Shown: positions 37,526-48,828 of the stretch, one piece after another | Numbering within the stretch: the stretch's first letter is position 1 | Layout of the letters: the number at the start of each line of letters is the position of its first letter | From: Deferribacterales bacterium | GTDB lineage: Bacteria; Chrysiogenota; Deferribacteres; Deferribacterales; Geovibrionaceae | DNA: 64,000 nt | Direction of reading: 5' to 3' | NCBI GenBank assembly: GCA_050251875.1 | Contig: JBFWMA010000002.1 | Location: forward strand, 406,606-470,605 | Position numbers and translations under genes: made by a program | The notes under the pieces: generated by a model | What the model was told of the DNA's origin: nothing | Seen by the model: only the letters and a program-made list of their open reading frames with translations | Database searches by the model: none

Positions 37526-38347
37526 ATGAGCAGTCTTCCTCCCGTCTCTTTTGTTCCCACGCCCATAGGAAACCTGGGAGACATTACCCTGCGCTCTCTG
37601 GAGGCGCTGAAAGACTGTGATGTCATCTTCGCCGAAGACACCAGAACAGCCAGATCGCTTCTGAATGCTCTGGATATCAAAAAACCGGTGGAATCCTATC
37701 ACAAGGACAATGAGGTTCAGGCTTCTGCCCGTGTGGTTCATTCCGTTAACAGCGGAAACACCGTCTGCGTCATCTCAGAGGCAGGCACGCCATGCGTGAG
37801 CGACCCGGGAAACACTCTTACATCCGTTCTGGTGAAAGAAAATATAAAATTTCAGGCGCTCCCCGGCGCCACAGCCTTCGTCCCGGCTATGATGCTCTCC
37901 GGATTTGACCTCAGCGATTTCTTCTTTTACGGGTTTCTGCCGAACAAGACCGGAGAAAAGATCAAAACAGCCGAATCACTCACACACTATAACACCGTGA
38001 TAGCCTTCTATGAGTCTCCCCACAGGGTAAAAGACACTCTGAAAGCGCTTCTAGATATTTTCCCCGCTCCCCTCTTCTGCTGCCGTGAACTGACTAAGGT
38101 CTTTGAATCGTCATATTTCATCAATTCCGCTGACGACATAGAGCAGATAACAGAGAAAGGCGAATTTGTCATAGTGGTGAACAACAGAAAGAAAGAGGCA
38201 AAAGAAGAGCTGTCAGACTGCGGAGAAACAGCGAAGAAGCTTGTTAAAGCGGGATACAGCGCAAAAGACGCCGTGAATATCCTGAAAGCTCTGGGATATA
38301 AAAGAAACGATGCCTACTCAGCGGTAAATGATATTATAGAATCCTGA
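37526..38347 (+). CDS. rsmI: 16S rRNA C1402 2'-O-methyltransferase
   Basis: TPIGNLGDIT.R, AEDTR, AGTP.VSDPG, YESPHR, RELTK. Confidence 0.95.
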   Translation: MSSLPPVSFVPTPIGNLGDITLRSLEALKDCDVIFAEDTRTARSLLNALDIKKPVESYHKDNEVQASARVVHSVNSGNTVCVISEAGTPCVSDPGNTLTSVLVKENIKFQALPGATAFVPAMMLSGFDLSDFFFYGFLPNKTGEKIKTAESLTHYNTVIAFYESPHRVKDTLKALLDIFPAPLFCCRELTKVFESSYFINSADDIEQITEKGEFVIVVNNRKKEAKEELSDCGETAKKLVKAGYSAKDAVNILKALGYKRNDAYSAVNDIIES

Positions 38348-38830
38348 CATAAGAAAAAAGAGAGAGCCCAACGCCAGCATCATAATAAGAAACATGTTCT
38401 TTCTTCTTATTCTCTGAATAGTTACCTTGTCCAGATGACCTTTGCAGTTTTCCGGAACCTCGCTTTTAAGAAAGCTGATAAAATCCTCAAAATCCTGATA
38501 GAGCGAAGATATGAACACGAACTTGTGCGGATCGGAAAGTATCAGAATTATGCGCCATCTGAGGTTCACAACGCCTATCTCTTCCAAATCTTTCAGATCT
38601 ATCTCTTTCTTGCCGTAAAGTGTCGTCTGGTGGATGATTCCGTTATCCACCTCAAACCTTTTAGACAGAAGAACCGCCAGGTTGTACCCGAGAAAAGCTA
38701 TCATAACAGCGCACACAGCCATTGCCCCCGCGGAAAAATCGGACCTGTAGACCGAGTAAGTGAAGAAGAAAGAGAGCAAAAAGAGTATACTCATCAGATT
38801 GATAAGTTTTTTCTGTACTTTATAAACCAT
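38318..38830 (-). CDS. Hypothetical membrane protein
   Basis: Three hydrophobic segments; overlaps the TPR gene. Confidence 0.7.
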   Translation of the reverse strand: MVYKVQKKLINLMSILFLLSFFFTYSVYRSDFSAGAMAVCAVMIAFLGYNLAVLLSKRFEVDNGIIHQTTLYGKKEIDLKDLEEIGVVNLRWRIILILSDPHKFVFISSLYQDFEDFISFLKSEVPENCKGHLDKVTIQRIRRKNMFLIMMLALGSLFFLMSGFYNIIYR

Positions 38831-41636
38831 CGATACTAATCTCCAGCGGAAGGTTATGTAAAAAATTACCTCTGTCTTTTTCTATATCATTTATCGAGTT
38901 CAGTGTCATTTCAAAATTTTCACTTCTTAAAGAATATATCATCCTGACCTCTTTTCCAACAGGATCTGAAGGATGTTTTTTCATATATTCAGTGATATTG
39001 TCCACCAGACGCTTGCTGTTGAAATTAAGAACGAAGTACAGCAGTTTGTAGTAATCCACATATCTGTCGTTCGCTTTCAGGTTTGCCAGAGCCATGTAAG
39101 ACGCCTCGGCGTTCACAAAATCCTCTGTCCAGAGGAAATAGTAGAGAGATGCCTTATAAAGCTCTTTATAACGGATATCCAGATGGCTCACCTGCTGAAG
39201 ATATCGGAGAGCGGTCTCCTTGTCTCTGGCGATGATGCTGTAATACACCAGCTCTTTCAGGGCTATGTTGTCCTCCACATATTCATCATAGGTGGAGAGC
39301 GGCGGTTTCAGACCTTTTTTCAGCATGGCGTATGTCTTCATGAACTTGTACGCCCTGTCTTTCAGCAGATCGCCGTCCACGTCCTTCACATCGCCGTCCA
39401 GTGTTCCCAGCAGATCTCTGACCTGTCTGCCTCTGTATATCGGTTTTTTCGTATCCAGAGGACTCAGCGAGCTGTAGCCCTTGCCGGACAGATAGTCGGA
39501 AAGTGCCGCCATGCTTTTGAAAAATATATTATCATTTATATGGCTGCCGATGTCTTCTCTGACCATAGAATATCTGCCCAGACCGAGATCCGCCAGAAAG
39601 CTGGCGTACAGTATAGGTTCCGGCAGGTTTCTTTTATCTTCCACAGACTGAAGAGCCCTGTCTTTGATGCTGTTGTAATATTCAGACGGAGGCGAGCCCC
39701 TGCCCATGGATTTCAGCGTTACCGCCATGCCCAGATATGCCGGGAGGAAATAATTGTTCTGAAGAATGGCTGTGTCAAAATTTTTCCAAGCCGGTTCTAT
39801 CTCCCCCAGATTCAGCTTTGCGAGCCCCATGTTATAGAGCGTATAGGGGTTATTGTTCAGCATGTCGTTTGCCCTGCTGAACTTTTTATAGGCTTCGGCG
39901 AATTTATACTGGAACATATCCGCCACGCCTTCGTTATTCAGTCTGATGCCGTCAGAATAGTTGACCGAACGCTCAAGCTCACGCAAGGCGACCAGTTTTT
40001 CATTCTCTTTCAGCATCTTATAGCCCATAGCGACAAAGTTCATCATCTCTGACGGCTCTATAAAGAGCGGATACATCAGCAGAGACAGGATATTTTCATA
40101 TTCACCGTCAAATTTATAAGAGAAATCAACATCTTTCATTCTGGGAATCAGATGAAAATTGACGTTTGTTCCCTTGCCGAAAACCGCTTTTCTGGCGACC
40201 TGTTCCGCCAGAGCTTTTTTCAGTCCGGCGATGTTTCCAGTGTTGTAGTTCGCCGCCGCCTTGAACCAGAAGTACTCAGGCTTAACCTTGTTTATCCTCT
40301 GGGCATATTGCAGAACGGTATCATATTCTTTATATTTCAGAGCGATATACGCCTGATAGATATAGTAGTCGTTGTCAGTCTTGGGCGGCACGTCATTGAT
40401 GAACTGCCTCGCCGGAACCATCTTGTCTTTCAGGATGTAATAGGCGGTTCTGGCGAGATTAAGGAACGGGGATGTTCTCTCTTCCGCAAGAACTTTCTCC
40501 GCCTCTCCCAGATCCTCGTGATAAATAATTCTATGTTTCACAAGTGTATAGAACACATCATCCGTCTTAAAGCGTTCATAGGCGTCATAAGCCAGCTTGC
40601 CTGCCTCATTTATTTCGCCCATGCCCAGCAGAATCTCGTATTTCAGCCTGTAATATTCAGGTTTTTCAGATGATTTAGCTATCAGATCGGTGATCTCTTT
40701 ATTCGCCTCTTTCAGAGAACCGTCATAGAACAGAGCTTTTGCCAGCCTGAAATGATAGTCCTCGTCCGGAAATTTCTCTATCAGCCCGTTCAGCATGCTC
40801 ACACAGCTTTTGAAATCGCCCAGAGCGAAATAGCTGAGAGCCGCCAGATTCATCGCCTCTTCCGTCTGATAATAAGACAGGGCTTTTGTGACGTTCGCCA
40901 CCGCCTGCTCGTACATTCCTTCGTTATAGTATGCGCTGGCAAGGTTGTAATAGTCGGTATAGTCTTTGACAGACAGATTTTCCAGAATGGCGATGCCGTT
41001 TTTATATTCTCCGATGCTCATCAGAAAATAAGCGTAATTGGAACGGACATATTTGGAATTTTCGCCTTTCTTTATGGCTTCCTGGTAATACAGGGCGGCT
41101 TTGGCTGTCTCTCCCCTTTTCAGGTGGATGTTCGCCATATTCACCAGCATCTTGGCGGAATTGCTGTCTTTCAGCAGGTCGGAAACGTATTTCTCCGCCT
41201 CGTCCAGCTTGCCCGTCTGGATCAGAACCACGGCAAGGTTCATATACGCCTCTTTGAACCCGGGGTTCTCCTCCACAGCCATGCGGAATGACTCTTCGCT
41301 CTTTGCTATGTTGCCCAGCAGATAATAGCTGACGCCCATGTTATAAAAAGCTACAGATCTGTTCTGTGCCAGACCTTCTTTATAAAAATCTATGGCATTC
41401 TGGAACTCGCCTTTCAGAAAAAAGTCGTTTCCTTTAGATATGTTTTCATTGGTGCTGATGATGGGAGACACTATGGGCTTGGTGTCTGTGAGTTTTTCTT
41501 CCAGATGCTGTTTTTTGTCCTCTTTAGAGCATGAGAACATCAGCACAGACAGAAAGACTACTGTTATTATGAATAACCTGTATGGCAGGCGTTTCAGACT
41601 GAATATTTTGGCTTTTCCGGTTGTGTCCGGCGGCAT
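38820..41636 (-). CDS. Large TPR-repeat protein, probable lipoprotein
   Basis: Many TPR units (AFYNMGVSYY..G...A...F..A); LMFSC lipobox. Confidence 0.85.
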   Translation of the reverse strand: MPPDTTGKAKIFSLKRLPYRLFIITVVFLSVLMFSCSKEDKKQHLEEKLTDTKPIVSPIISTNENISKGNDFFLKGEFQNAIDFYKEGLAQNRSVAFYNMGVSYYLLGNIAKSEESFRMAVEENPGFKEAYMNLAVVLIQTGKLDEAEKYVSDLLKDSNSAKMLVNMANIHLKRGETAKAALYYQEAIKKGENSKYVRSNYAYFLMSIGEYKNGIAILENLSVKDYTDYYNLASAYYNEGMYEQAVANVTKALSYYQTEEAMNLAALSYFALGDFKSCVSMLNGLIEKFPDEDYHFRLAKALFYDGSLKEANKEITDLIAKSSEKPEYYRLKYEILLGMGEINEAGKLAYDAYERFKTDDVFYTLVKHRIIYHEDLGEAEKVLAEERTSPFLNLARTAYYILKDKMVPARQFINDVPPKTDNDYYIYQAYIALKYKEYDTVLQYAQRINKVKPEYFWFKAAANYNTGNIAGLKKALAEQVARKAVFGKGTNVNFHLIPRMKDVDFSYKFDGEYENILSLLMYPLFIEPSEMMNFVAMGYKMLKENEKLVALRELERSVNYSDGIRLNNEGVADMFQYKFAEAYKKFSRANDMLNNNPYTLYNMGLAKLNLGEIEPAWKNFDTAILQNNYFLPAYLGMAVTLKSMGRGSPPSEYYNSIKDRALQSVEDKRNLPEPILYASFLADLGLGRYSMVREDIGSHINDNIFFKSMAALSDYLSGKGYSSLSPLDTKKPIYRGRQVRDLLGTLDGDVKDVDGDLLKDRAYKFMKTYAMLKKGLKPPLSTYDEYVEDNIALKELVYYSIIARDKETALRYLQQVSHLDIRYKELYKASLYYFLWTEDFVNAEASYMALANLKANDRYVDYYKLLYFVLNFNSKRLVDNITEYMKKHPSDPVGKEVRMIYSLRSENFEMTLNSINDIEKDRGNFLHNLPLEISIDGL

Positions 41637-41740
41637 AATCCGTTATCCCTCCGAGACGATTCTCATACTTTTTTCAACTCAATTTCTACAGAAAATGTCC
41701 CATTTCTATAGATCGGCAGTTTATCTCAAAAGTAAAGACC

Positions 41741-41766
41741 AAAAGAGCCTGCGCGGTCGCAGGCTC
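41741..41766 (-). terminator. Intrinsic terminator after rnhA
   Basis: GAGCCTGCG-cggt-CGCAGGCTC stem with A-tract. Confidence 0.65.
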
Positions 41767-41787
41767 CATTTATATTTTTTATATCGT

Positions 41788-42186
41788 TTACGCTTTTTCG
41801 TCAATAGCTTCGTTCGCCAGCCGGTCGGCTATCTTGTTCTGATTTCTCGGAACATGCGTGAAAGTGACTTTTTTGCCGTAAATCAGGCAGTCGATTTCCG
41901 CTTTCAGCGGGATCAGACCTTCGTTTTTCACCCTGTACTCGCCCTTCATCTGTTTAACCACCAGCTCGGAATCCAGAAAGAAGTTAACCTCTATACAGTC
42001 CTTAACCAGCTGGTCTTTCAGAGCGTATATAACGGCGGAATACTCAGCGATGTTGTTTGTAGTCTGCCCCAGATATTTTTTTCCTGTGGCAATCTCCTGA
42101 CCGTCGGCAAAAACAACGTATCCGCACCCTGCTTCTCCGGGGTTTCCCCTGGAGGCTCCGTCAGAAAAAATATCAATCTTCGGCAT
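41788..42186 (-). CDS. rnhA: Ribonuclease HI family protein
   Basis: DGASRGNPG, TNNIAEY, DSELVV.Q, HVPR..N..AD.LAN. Confidence 0.92.
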   Translation of the reverse strand: MPKIDIFSDGASRGNPGEAGCGYVVFADGQEIATGKKYLGQTTNNIAEYSAVIYALKDQLVKDCIEVNFFLDSELVVKQMKGEYRVKNEGLIPLKAEIDCLIYGKKVTFTHVPRNQNKIADRLANEAIDEKA

Positions 42187-42895
42187 TTTCTTCGGGCAGG
42201 GCATAGAGGAATCTCTGACAGTTAGGGCACTGAAGGAGTTCCTTGTCCTTTTTCACCTCAACATAAAGCTGGGGCGGGATTTTGATATAGCAGCCGGTGC
42301 AGGTTTCGTTATCCACACGCACAACAGAGAGGTTGTTTCTGGCATCACGGATTCTGTCATATTTCATCAGGACAGATTTTTTAACGACTTTCGCAGCCTC
42401 TTCTCTGGCTTGCTTGTCTTCCGCCAGCTTGGCTATCAGCTCGGCGTTCTCTTCGTTTTTCTGAGAAGCGGTCTGCTCCAGATCAGCTTTGCTCTTTTCC
42501 AGTCTGGCTATTACGTCAGAGTTTTCAGCCTTATACTTATCCACTGACTCTGTCAGCTCCAGAAATCTGAGCTCAGATTCATAGACATTCTTTTTCAGAG
42601 TGTCCATCTCTTTCAGAACTGCTTCATACTCTTTGTTGTTTTTCACTTCGGGGAGTTTCTTTTGGGCTTTTTCCAGAAGGGCTTTGCCCTCTTCATAGGC
42701 TTTTTCGACTTGTTCTTTAGCGGCGGAGTCTTTTTCGAACTTGACATTGAACTCGTCAAATGCCTCCTGCGCTTTATCCAGCTCCGCCTGCGCTTTGCGC
42801 ACATATTCGGGCTGTCCTGCCAGTCTGCTTTCCGCATCGGCGATGAGGTTGTCCAGCCTCTGAATCTCGATGAGCTGAGTAACGATCTCTAACAT
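42173..42895 (-). CDS. C4-type zinc-ribbon coiled-coil protein (DUF164 type)
   Basis: Long coiled coil followed by CTGC...CPNCQR. Confidence 0.9.
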   Translation of the reverse strand: MLEIVTQLIEIQRLDNLIADAESRLAGQPEYVRKAQAELDKAQEAFDEFNVKFEKDSAAKEQVEKAYEEGKALLEKAQKKLPEVKNNKEYEAVLKEMDTLKKNVYESELRFLELTESVDKYKAENSDVIARLEKSKADLEQTASQKNEENAELIAKLAEDKQAREEAAKVVKKSVLMKYDRIRDARNNLSVVRVDNETCTGCYIKIPPQLYVEVKKDKELLQCPNCQRFLYALPEENAED

Positions 42896-42899
42896 TCTG

Positions 42900-44000
42900 T
42901 TACCTCCAGTTTATGATAGAAGGTTCTTCATCTATCACTACTGTTTTTATATTAAATTTTTCGGCTATCTTTTCTGCCAGATAGCTCATAAATATCTTTT
43001 CTGTGTGAAAGTGCCCGCCGTCCACAATAACAAATCCGGCTTCTCTGGCGTCCAGCGCCTCGTGATGCTTCATATCGCCTGTGACAAGCACATCTGCCTT
43101 GCCCAGACATTTTTTCCACAGAGAGGCCCCGCTGCCTGTTATAACGGCATATTTCTTTATCCTGCCAGTGAAATCAGATGTGTTCACACGCAGAGTGTCA
43201 GCGCCCAGAATGTATCTGAGCTTGTCCAGAAACTGTGTCATAGTCATCGGCTTGTCATATGTCGCTGTGCGCCCCAGACCGTATTCTCTGCCGTTTAAGA
43301 GAGGATATACGTCATAGGCGACCTCTTCGTAGGGGTGCGCCTCTATGACAGCTTTTATAAGATTTTTAAGATTTTTCTTTTCGATGATGGTTTCGATGCG
43401 CTCTTCCTCAGCTGCTTCTATCTCGCCTATTTTGCCGATGAAGGGATTAGCCCCTTCGCCCGCCTTGAAACGTCCTGTTCCCGGCGCGGAGAATGACACA
43501 TCTGAATAGTTGCCGATGTGTCCGGCGCCTGCTGATGCCATCGCTTTTCTGATTTTTTCAGCGTGATCCACAGGCACGAAAACAGCGAATTTTACAAGTT
43601 CCTCTTTACCTTCCGTGATGACTGTTCCGTCTGTTTTTCCGCCCAGAAGACCGGCAAGATGATCGTTCAGACTGTAGTCGGCAAGGTCAAGACTTGTGTG
43701 ATGAGAAAGAATTGCGAGATTTGCCTGAATAGCTTTGATAACCTTTCTATCGAAAGGTCTGTCGGAAGAAAGGCTCTTTACCGAGCCAAAAAAAAGGGGG
43801 TGATGAGTTATAAGTACCTCACACCCCTCTTCTATTGCTTTGTTTATAGTTTTTTCGCTAGGATCAAGTGCAAATGCGGCTTTAGTGATCTCCCTGTCTT
43901 CAGGGATAATCTGGTTTCCGCTGTTGTCCCATTCGTATTGTCTGGAACTGTCGGCGAAACCCTTCTCTAAAAAATTTCGTAAATCTCTTACCCGTGTCAC
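42900..44000 (-). CDS. Nif3-like dinuclear metal hexameric protein with PII-like insert
   Basis: WDNSG, ITHHPL.F, GAGHIGNYS, HPYEEVAYD, GHFHTE. Confidence 0.93.
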   Translation of the reverse strand: MTRVRDLRNFLEKGFADSSRQYEWDNSGNQIIPEDREITKAAFALDPSEKTINKAIEEGCEVLITHHPLFFGSVKSLSSDRPFDRKVIKAIQANLAILSHHTSLDLADYSLNDHLAGLLGGKTDGTVITEGKEELVKFAVFVPVDHAEKIRKAMASAGAGHIGNYSDVSFSAPGTGRFKAGEGANPFIGKIGEIEAAEEERIETIIEKKNLKNLIKAVIEAHPYEEVAYDVYPLLNGREYGLGRTATYDKPMTMTQFLDKLRYILGADTLRVNTSDFTGRIKKYAVITGSGASLWKKCLGKADVLVTGDMKHHEALDAREAGFVIVDGGHFHTEKIFMSYLAEKIAEKFNIKTVVIDEEPSIINWR

Positions 44001-44029
44001 TTAAACCTTTCTCGTGTTATTTAAAAGTA

Positions 44030-44103
44030 TGGGCCAAGCTGGACTCGAACCAGCGACCTACCGGTTATGAGCCGGTGGCTCTAGCCAACTGAGCTATTGG
44101 CCC
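44030..44103 (-). tRNA. tRNA with CAT anticodon, probably tRNA-Ile2 (lysidine)
   Basis: GGGCCAA/TTGGCCC acceptor, ACCGG-CTCATAA-CCGGT arm; paired first base and no GGG/CCC anticodon stem, so not initiator; located after rpoD. Confidence 0.9.
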
Positions 44104-44178
44104 TGACAGAGTTGATGTTTTTAACTGTTTATCACAGTTTTGTCAACAACTTTATTCTAATTATATCAAAAAAATATC

Positions 44179-46098
44179 TTATTCGGTAAACGTCTTAAGT
44201 ATTCTGCTTCTGGTGGGGTGGCGGAGCTTTCTCAGTGCTTTTGCTTCGATCTGTCTGATACGCTCTCTTGTAACATTGAACTGTTTACCTACCTCTTCCA
44301 GTGTATGATCGGAGTCGCAGTTGATTCCGAAGCGCAGTTTCAGCACTTCAGCCTCTCTGTGGCTCAGAGTTTCCAGTATCTGCTGTGTATGTTCCTTCAG
44401 TTTGAGATATGTAACCTCTTCTGACGGGTTCTTAGCTGATTTATCCTCGATAAAATCGCCCAGAGACGAATCCTCATCCTCACCGATGGGTGTTTCCAGA
44501 GAAACGGGCTCTTTGGCTATTTTCATCACTTTTTTGATCTTCTCAACAGGGATATCCATCTTCTGTGATATCTCCTCGGGGGTGGGTTCACGCCCCATAT
44601 CCTGCTGAAGCTGACGTGTGATTTTCATCATCTTGTTGATGGTTTCTATCATGTGCACGGGGATACGGATGGTTCTCGCCTGATCCGCTATGGCTCTTGT
44701 GATCGCCTGACGGATCCACCATGTGGCATAGGTGGAGAATTTGTATCCTCTTTTATACTCGAACTTCTCAACGGCCTTCATAAGACCGATGTTTCCTTCC
44801 TGTATCAGGTCGAGGAACTGAAGCCCTCTGTTGGTGTATTTCTTGGCTATGGAGACAACCAGCCTGAGGTTCGCCTCTATCAGCTTTGATTTCGCTGTCT
44901 CAGTCTCATTCTCGCCCACTATGAGGCTCTCATGAATGACATCCAGCTCCGCCTTGTCGAATCCCAGATTGTTTATAGCGGCGAGATGGTTTTTCTTAGC
45001 CGATTTAAACTTTTTAAGGATCACAGCGTGGTCGGAGGCGTTCATTCCTCTGGCATCGCAGGCCGCCTTGATATCGTCTTCTGTGACGGTGGAGATATCC
45101 TCCACAGTCATCTTAATCAGTTTGCAGAGTTTTTCCATGTCTCTGGTGCTGTCTGATATAGATGTATAAGCAAATTTGATATCTGAGGCAATGTTGCATA
45201 TTTTAGAATAGTTTACTTTGATTTCGAGAAGTTTGTCGGTTATGTCGTCCACAGAATCGTGCATAGTCTGCTTAAAGCTGAGAATCTGATCTATGCTCAG
45301 CTTCTCCTCTTTGATTCTGTCGTTTATCATTATGTTGTATTTCAGCTTTTCCGCTATATCCTCAAGAATCACGATGAAGTGGGACTTAATCTGCTCTTCC
45401 CTCTCCTCTGAATCAACACTGAAAGCGACCTGAATTTCCGCTTCCGCCTCTATCTCTACTTCGGCTTCGGCTTCTGCTTCCTCTTCGGTCTCTCTGTCTT
45501 CTGTTTCATCTGATTCCTCGGCTGAATCCTCGAAATCATCATCCAGATTTCTGATCTCTGTTTCTGTGTCGTCCAGATCAGCGGGTTCGCTGTCCATGTC
45601 GTCTTCGATATCGATGATATCTTTCAGGCGCATGCTGTCGTTTTTGATGCCGTCCGCGATCTCCATGATCTTGGCGGCTGTGCGGGGATAGAGCAGAACA
45701 GCTCTGAGCACTTTTCTCTGACCTTCCTCTATCTCTTTGGCTACTTCTATCTCCTCGTCACGATTAAGCAGAGGGATATTGCCCATCTCTTTCAGATAGA
45801 GTCTGACGGGGTCGTCTGTGCTGATGGTTTCCTCTCCGACATCTTTCAGGATGCCAAGAGAATCCTCATCGTCATCGTCTATGTCGTCATCGGCTGTGAA
45901 AAGCCCGGGTTTGTCAACTTTAGAATCTATAACATCGATCTTCAGCTGAGCCAGCAGCATCATGATCTCGTCTATCAGTTCAGTTGAAAGAATTTCATCA
46001 GGCAGATTTTCGTTGATCTCATCGAAGGTAAGAAAACCTTTCTCTTTTCCAAGAGCGATTATGTTTTTGACTTCAGGGCTCTTAATCTTTCGTGACAT
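44179..46098 (-). CDS. rpoD: Primary sigma factor RpoD
   Basis: Region 1.1, [39 protein letters not shown], region 4. Confidence 0.98.
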   Translation of the reverse strand: MSRKIKSPEVKNIIALGKEKGFLTFDEINENLPDEILSTELIDEIMMLLAQLKIDVIDSKVDKPGLFTADDDIDDDDEDSLGILKDVGEETISTDDPVRLYLKEMGNIPLLNRDEEIEVAKEIEEGQRKVLRAVLLYPRTAAKIMEIADGIKNDSMRLKDIIDIEDDMDSEPADLDDTETEIRNLDDDFEDSAEESDETEDRETEEEAEAEAEVEIEAEAEIQVAFSVDSEEREEQIKSHFIVILEDIAEKLKYNIMINDRIKEEKLSIDQILSFKQTMHDSVDDITDKLLEIKVNYSKICNIASDIKFAYTSISDSTRDMEKLCKLIKMTVEDISTVTEDDIKAACDARGMNASDHAVILKKFKSAKKNHLAAINNLGFDKAELDVIHESLIVGENETETAKSKLIEANLRLVVSIAKKYTNRGLQFLDLIQEGNIGLMKAVEKFEYKRGYKFSTYATWWIRQAITRAIADQARTIRIPVHMIETINKMMKITRQLQQDMGREPTPEEISQKMDIPVEKIKKVMKIAKEPVSLETPIGEDEDSSLGDFIEDKSAKNPSEEVTYLKLKEHTQQILETLSHREAEVLKLRFGINCDSDHTLEEVGKQFNVTRERIRQIEAKALRKLRHPTRSRILKTFTE

Positions 46099-46104
46099 CA
46101 GGCA

Positions 46105-47811
46105 TCAATCCTCCGAATTCCTTTTATGCTGGGCAAGTCTGGCCAGTTCAAATTTCTTTCTGACAAGCTCAGCGGCGTTTCTGTCCGGTTTGTTCTGTAT
46201 CTCTTTAGACAGATTTTCCATCACAGAGTTTGATAAAATCTTCTCTCTGCCAGCGGCCGCAAGTCTGTAGATATCTGTCTCAGGCATCTTAACAATCGCC
46301 TCAGAAAGTTCACCGCCCACGTCCGGCTCGCACAAAAGGACATTGATATTATCACCCCTGCTGAAAACATCAAGAACTTTCTTAAATATTTCTGACAATT
46401 TTTTGTCATGGAAATAATCAGGCGAAATGTTCTCCGTCAGCATCAGCGCCACATCGTCCGGCAGCTTGAACATCGAGGCGATAAACTCACGCTCATAAAT
46501 ATATGTCACACCCCTTGCCTTCGGCAGTTTAGAGGTGACTCTTTTTAAAGTATTATTAGCCGCTGAAAGGTCAATATCCTTTTTCAGCATTTTCTCGTCC
46601 ACCTGAAAGACGGCGGCGGTCTTTTCTCCGTAAAACTCTTTCCTGTATGGGCTTTTAACATTTACTAAAAGATTTTTCATCTTTTCCAAATATCTCAGTC
46701 TGGCGTTCAGATCCTTAGCCGAACGCATAAGAGTCTCGGCGGTAAAGATAAAGAGATCTTTTTTGCCTTCTAAAAGAGCGTCAAAACCCTCTCTGCCGAA
46801 TTTGTCCAGATATGAGTCCGGATCTTCATCAGCGGGAAGAAATATAACAGACGGATAGCTGTCCAGCGCCATAAATATCTCCAGACTCTTCAGAGCGGAG
46901 TTATATCCGGCGGCGTCCCCGTCATAGAGCATATAAATGTCTTCGGTATAGCGTTTCAACACCTCTACATGCTCTTTAGTAAGCGCAGTGCCCATCGTGG
47001 CGACACAGTTGCCGTATCCTGCCTCGTGCAGGCGCATAACATCAAAATATCCTTCCACAATCAGCACAAAGCCCAGCTTTCGTATATGTTCTTTAGCGGA
47101 GTCCAGATTAAACAGCACTCTGCGTTTTTTGAATACCTCGGTCTCCGGAGAATTGATATATTTCGGCATCTGCCCCGTTATGGTTCTTCCGGAGAAGGCG
47201 ATGGTCTTCGCCGTAACGTTCCTCACGGGGATCATCACTCTTTCATAAAACATAAGCCGGAGCCCGTATTTGCTCTCTTTAAACAGTCCGGAGCCCAGCA
47301 GAACGCTTTTGTCATATTTTCTGACATATTTTGACGTGTCCACATTGGCGGGAAAATAGCCTATCCTGAACTTTTCCAGCAGTGTATCGCCGAAATTTCT
47401 CTTATGCAGATAGTCCAGAGCCTGCCTTCCCTCAGCGGAATATAAAAACTTTCTGGCGTCCGCCACCAGCTCTTCGTGCAGAGCGATGATATCCTTCGCC
47501 TGTTCGTTTATATTCGTCTCGTATTCGATTGTAACACCATATCTGTCGGCAAGAAACATAACAGCGTCCGGAAACGCCAGATTATAATATTTCATAACGA
47601 AAGAGATGACGTTGCCGCCGTCACCACAGCCGAAACAGTGATAAAACCCCTTATCCGGGTGAACATTGAACGAAGGGGTCTTCTCCGAATGAAAAGGACA
47701 TAATCCCTTAAAGCTGCCTCCCAGCTTCTTTAAAGGCACCACATCGTTAACGATCTCGTAAATATCGCTGGCTTCTAAAACTTCGTCTATTTTGGATGAA
47801 GGTATTTTCAT
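46105..47811 (-). CDS. dnaG: DNA primase
   Basis: CPFH.EKTPSF..CFGC, KYINSPET, VEGYFDV, YDGD.AG, DPD. Confidence 0.97.
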   Translation of the reverse strand: MKIPSSKIDEVLEASDIYEIVNDVVPLKKLGGSFKGLCPFHSEKTPSFNVHPDKGFYHCFGCGDGGNVISFVMKYYNLAFPDAVMFLADRYGVTIEYETNINEQAKDIIALHEELVADARKFLYSAEGRQALDYLHKRNFGDTLLEKFRIGYFPANVDTSKYVRKYDKSVLLGSGLFKESKYGLRLMFYERVMIPVRNVTAKTIAFSGRTITGQMPKYINSPETEVFKKRRVLFNLDSAKEHIRKLGFVLIVEGYFDVMRLHEAGYGNCVATMGTALTKEHVEVLKRYTEDIYMLYDGDAAGYNSALKSLEIFMALDSYPSVIFLPADEDPDSYLDKFGREGFDALLEGKKDLFIFTAETLMRSAKDLNARLRYLEKMKNLLVNVKSPYRKEFYGEKTAAVFQVDEKMLKKDIDLSAANNTLKRVTSKLPKARGVTYIYEREFIASMFKLPDDVALMLTENISPDYFHDKKLSEIFKKVLDVFSRGDNINVLLCEPDVGGELSEAIVKMPETDIYRLAAAGREKILSNSVMENLSKEIQNKPDRNAAELVRKKFELARLAQHKRNSED

Positions 47812-47886
47812 AAATGTTTGCGGGGGACTCCTGAAATCATACTTATATTTTATAGACAACTGAATAAATATCAAATATATTTTGCC

Positions 47887-48828
47887 ATGCTGGAAATTAA
47901 AAATATCTCTGTGGAGCTGAAAGGCTCTGACAAACATTTTCTGATTCTCCGTGATGTCAGCCTCTCGCTGAAAAAAGGAGAAATAATCGGCATAGCCGGC
48001 GAATCCGGCAGCGGAAAAACCATTTTAGCCAAAACCATCCTTAATCTGATATCAAATCCCGTGGTAAAAACAGGCGGCGAAATAATTCTGGACGGCAAAC
48101 CTGTCGTCACGGAGCAGGATTTCAGAAACATCAGAGGCGACAGGATTTCCATGATATTCCAGAACCCCACAGCCTCCCTGAACCCCGTCTTCACCATCGG
48201 CGACCAGATAACAGAAGCCATCCGCACGCATCACCCTGAGATATCCGTTAAAGAAGCGCTTTCCATGGCGGAACAGCTTCTGTCCGAAGTGGAGATACCC
48301 CATCCGAAAGAGAGACTCAAGGCATATCCACACCAGCTCTCCGGCGGGATGAACCAGCGTGTCATGATAGCCATCGCCCTCTCCAGCAGCCCGGAGGTGC
48401 TGATAGCGGATGAACCCACAACGGCGCTGGACGTTACCATACAGATGCAGATTATCCGTCTGCTGAAAAGGCTCAACCGGGAGAAAGGGCTCTCCGTGAT
48501 ATTCATCACCCACGATCTCGAGCTTTTGGCTAATACCGCCGAAGACTGCTACATAATGTACGCCGGCGAGATAATGGAAAAACTGGCGGCAAAAGACCTG
48601 AAAAGCGACAATATCAGACATCCGTATACAAAAAACCTGAAAGCCTGTGTACCGCAAATAGGCGAAAAAAGGGAATACCTGAATACCATACAGGGAACAA
48701 TCACTTTTAACGGAAATGAATTTGATAATAAATGCGTTTTTGCCGAAAGATGCGGCAGAAAGACAGATATCTGCGTAACAAAAAAACCGGAATTCAAAAA
48801 CGGATTCTGCTGTTTCAACCCCTATTAG
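47887..48828 (+). CDS. Oligopeptide/dipeptide ABC ATPase (OppD/DppD-like)
   Basis: GESGSGKT, YPHQLSGGMNQR, ADEPTTALD, HPYT, Cys-rich tail. Confidence 0.92.
   Translation: MLEIKNISVELKGSDKHFLILRDVSLSLKKGEIIGIAGESGSGKTILAKTILNLISNPVVKTGGEIILDGKPVVTEQDFRNIRGDRISMIFQNPTASLNPVFTIGDQITEAIRTHHPEISVKEALSMAEQLLSEVEIPHPKERLKAYPHQLSGGMNQRVMIAIALSSSPEVLIADEPTTALDVTIQMQIIRLLKRLNREKGLSVIFITHDLELLANTAEDCYIMYAGEIMEKLAAKDLKSDNIRHPYTKNLKACVPQIGEKREYLNTIQGTITFNGNEFDNKCVFAERCGRKTDICVTKKPEFKNGFCCFNPY

Noticed and set aside
38973..40052. Long antisense ORFs (also 26120-27121, 32773-33624, 56717-57619)
   Set aside because: Shadow frames opposite well-supported genes, with no motifs
41640..41787. RNase P RNA, often near nif3/zinc-ribbon/rnhA
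   Set aside because: Spacer too short and lacks the conserved GAGGAAAGTCC motif
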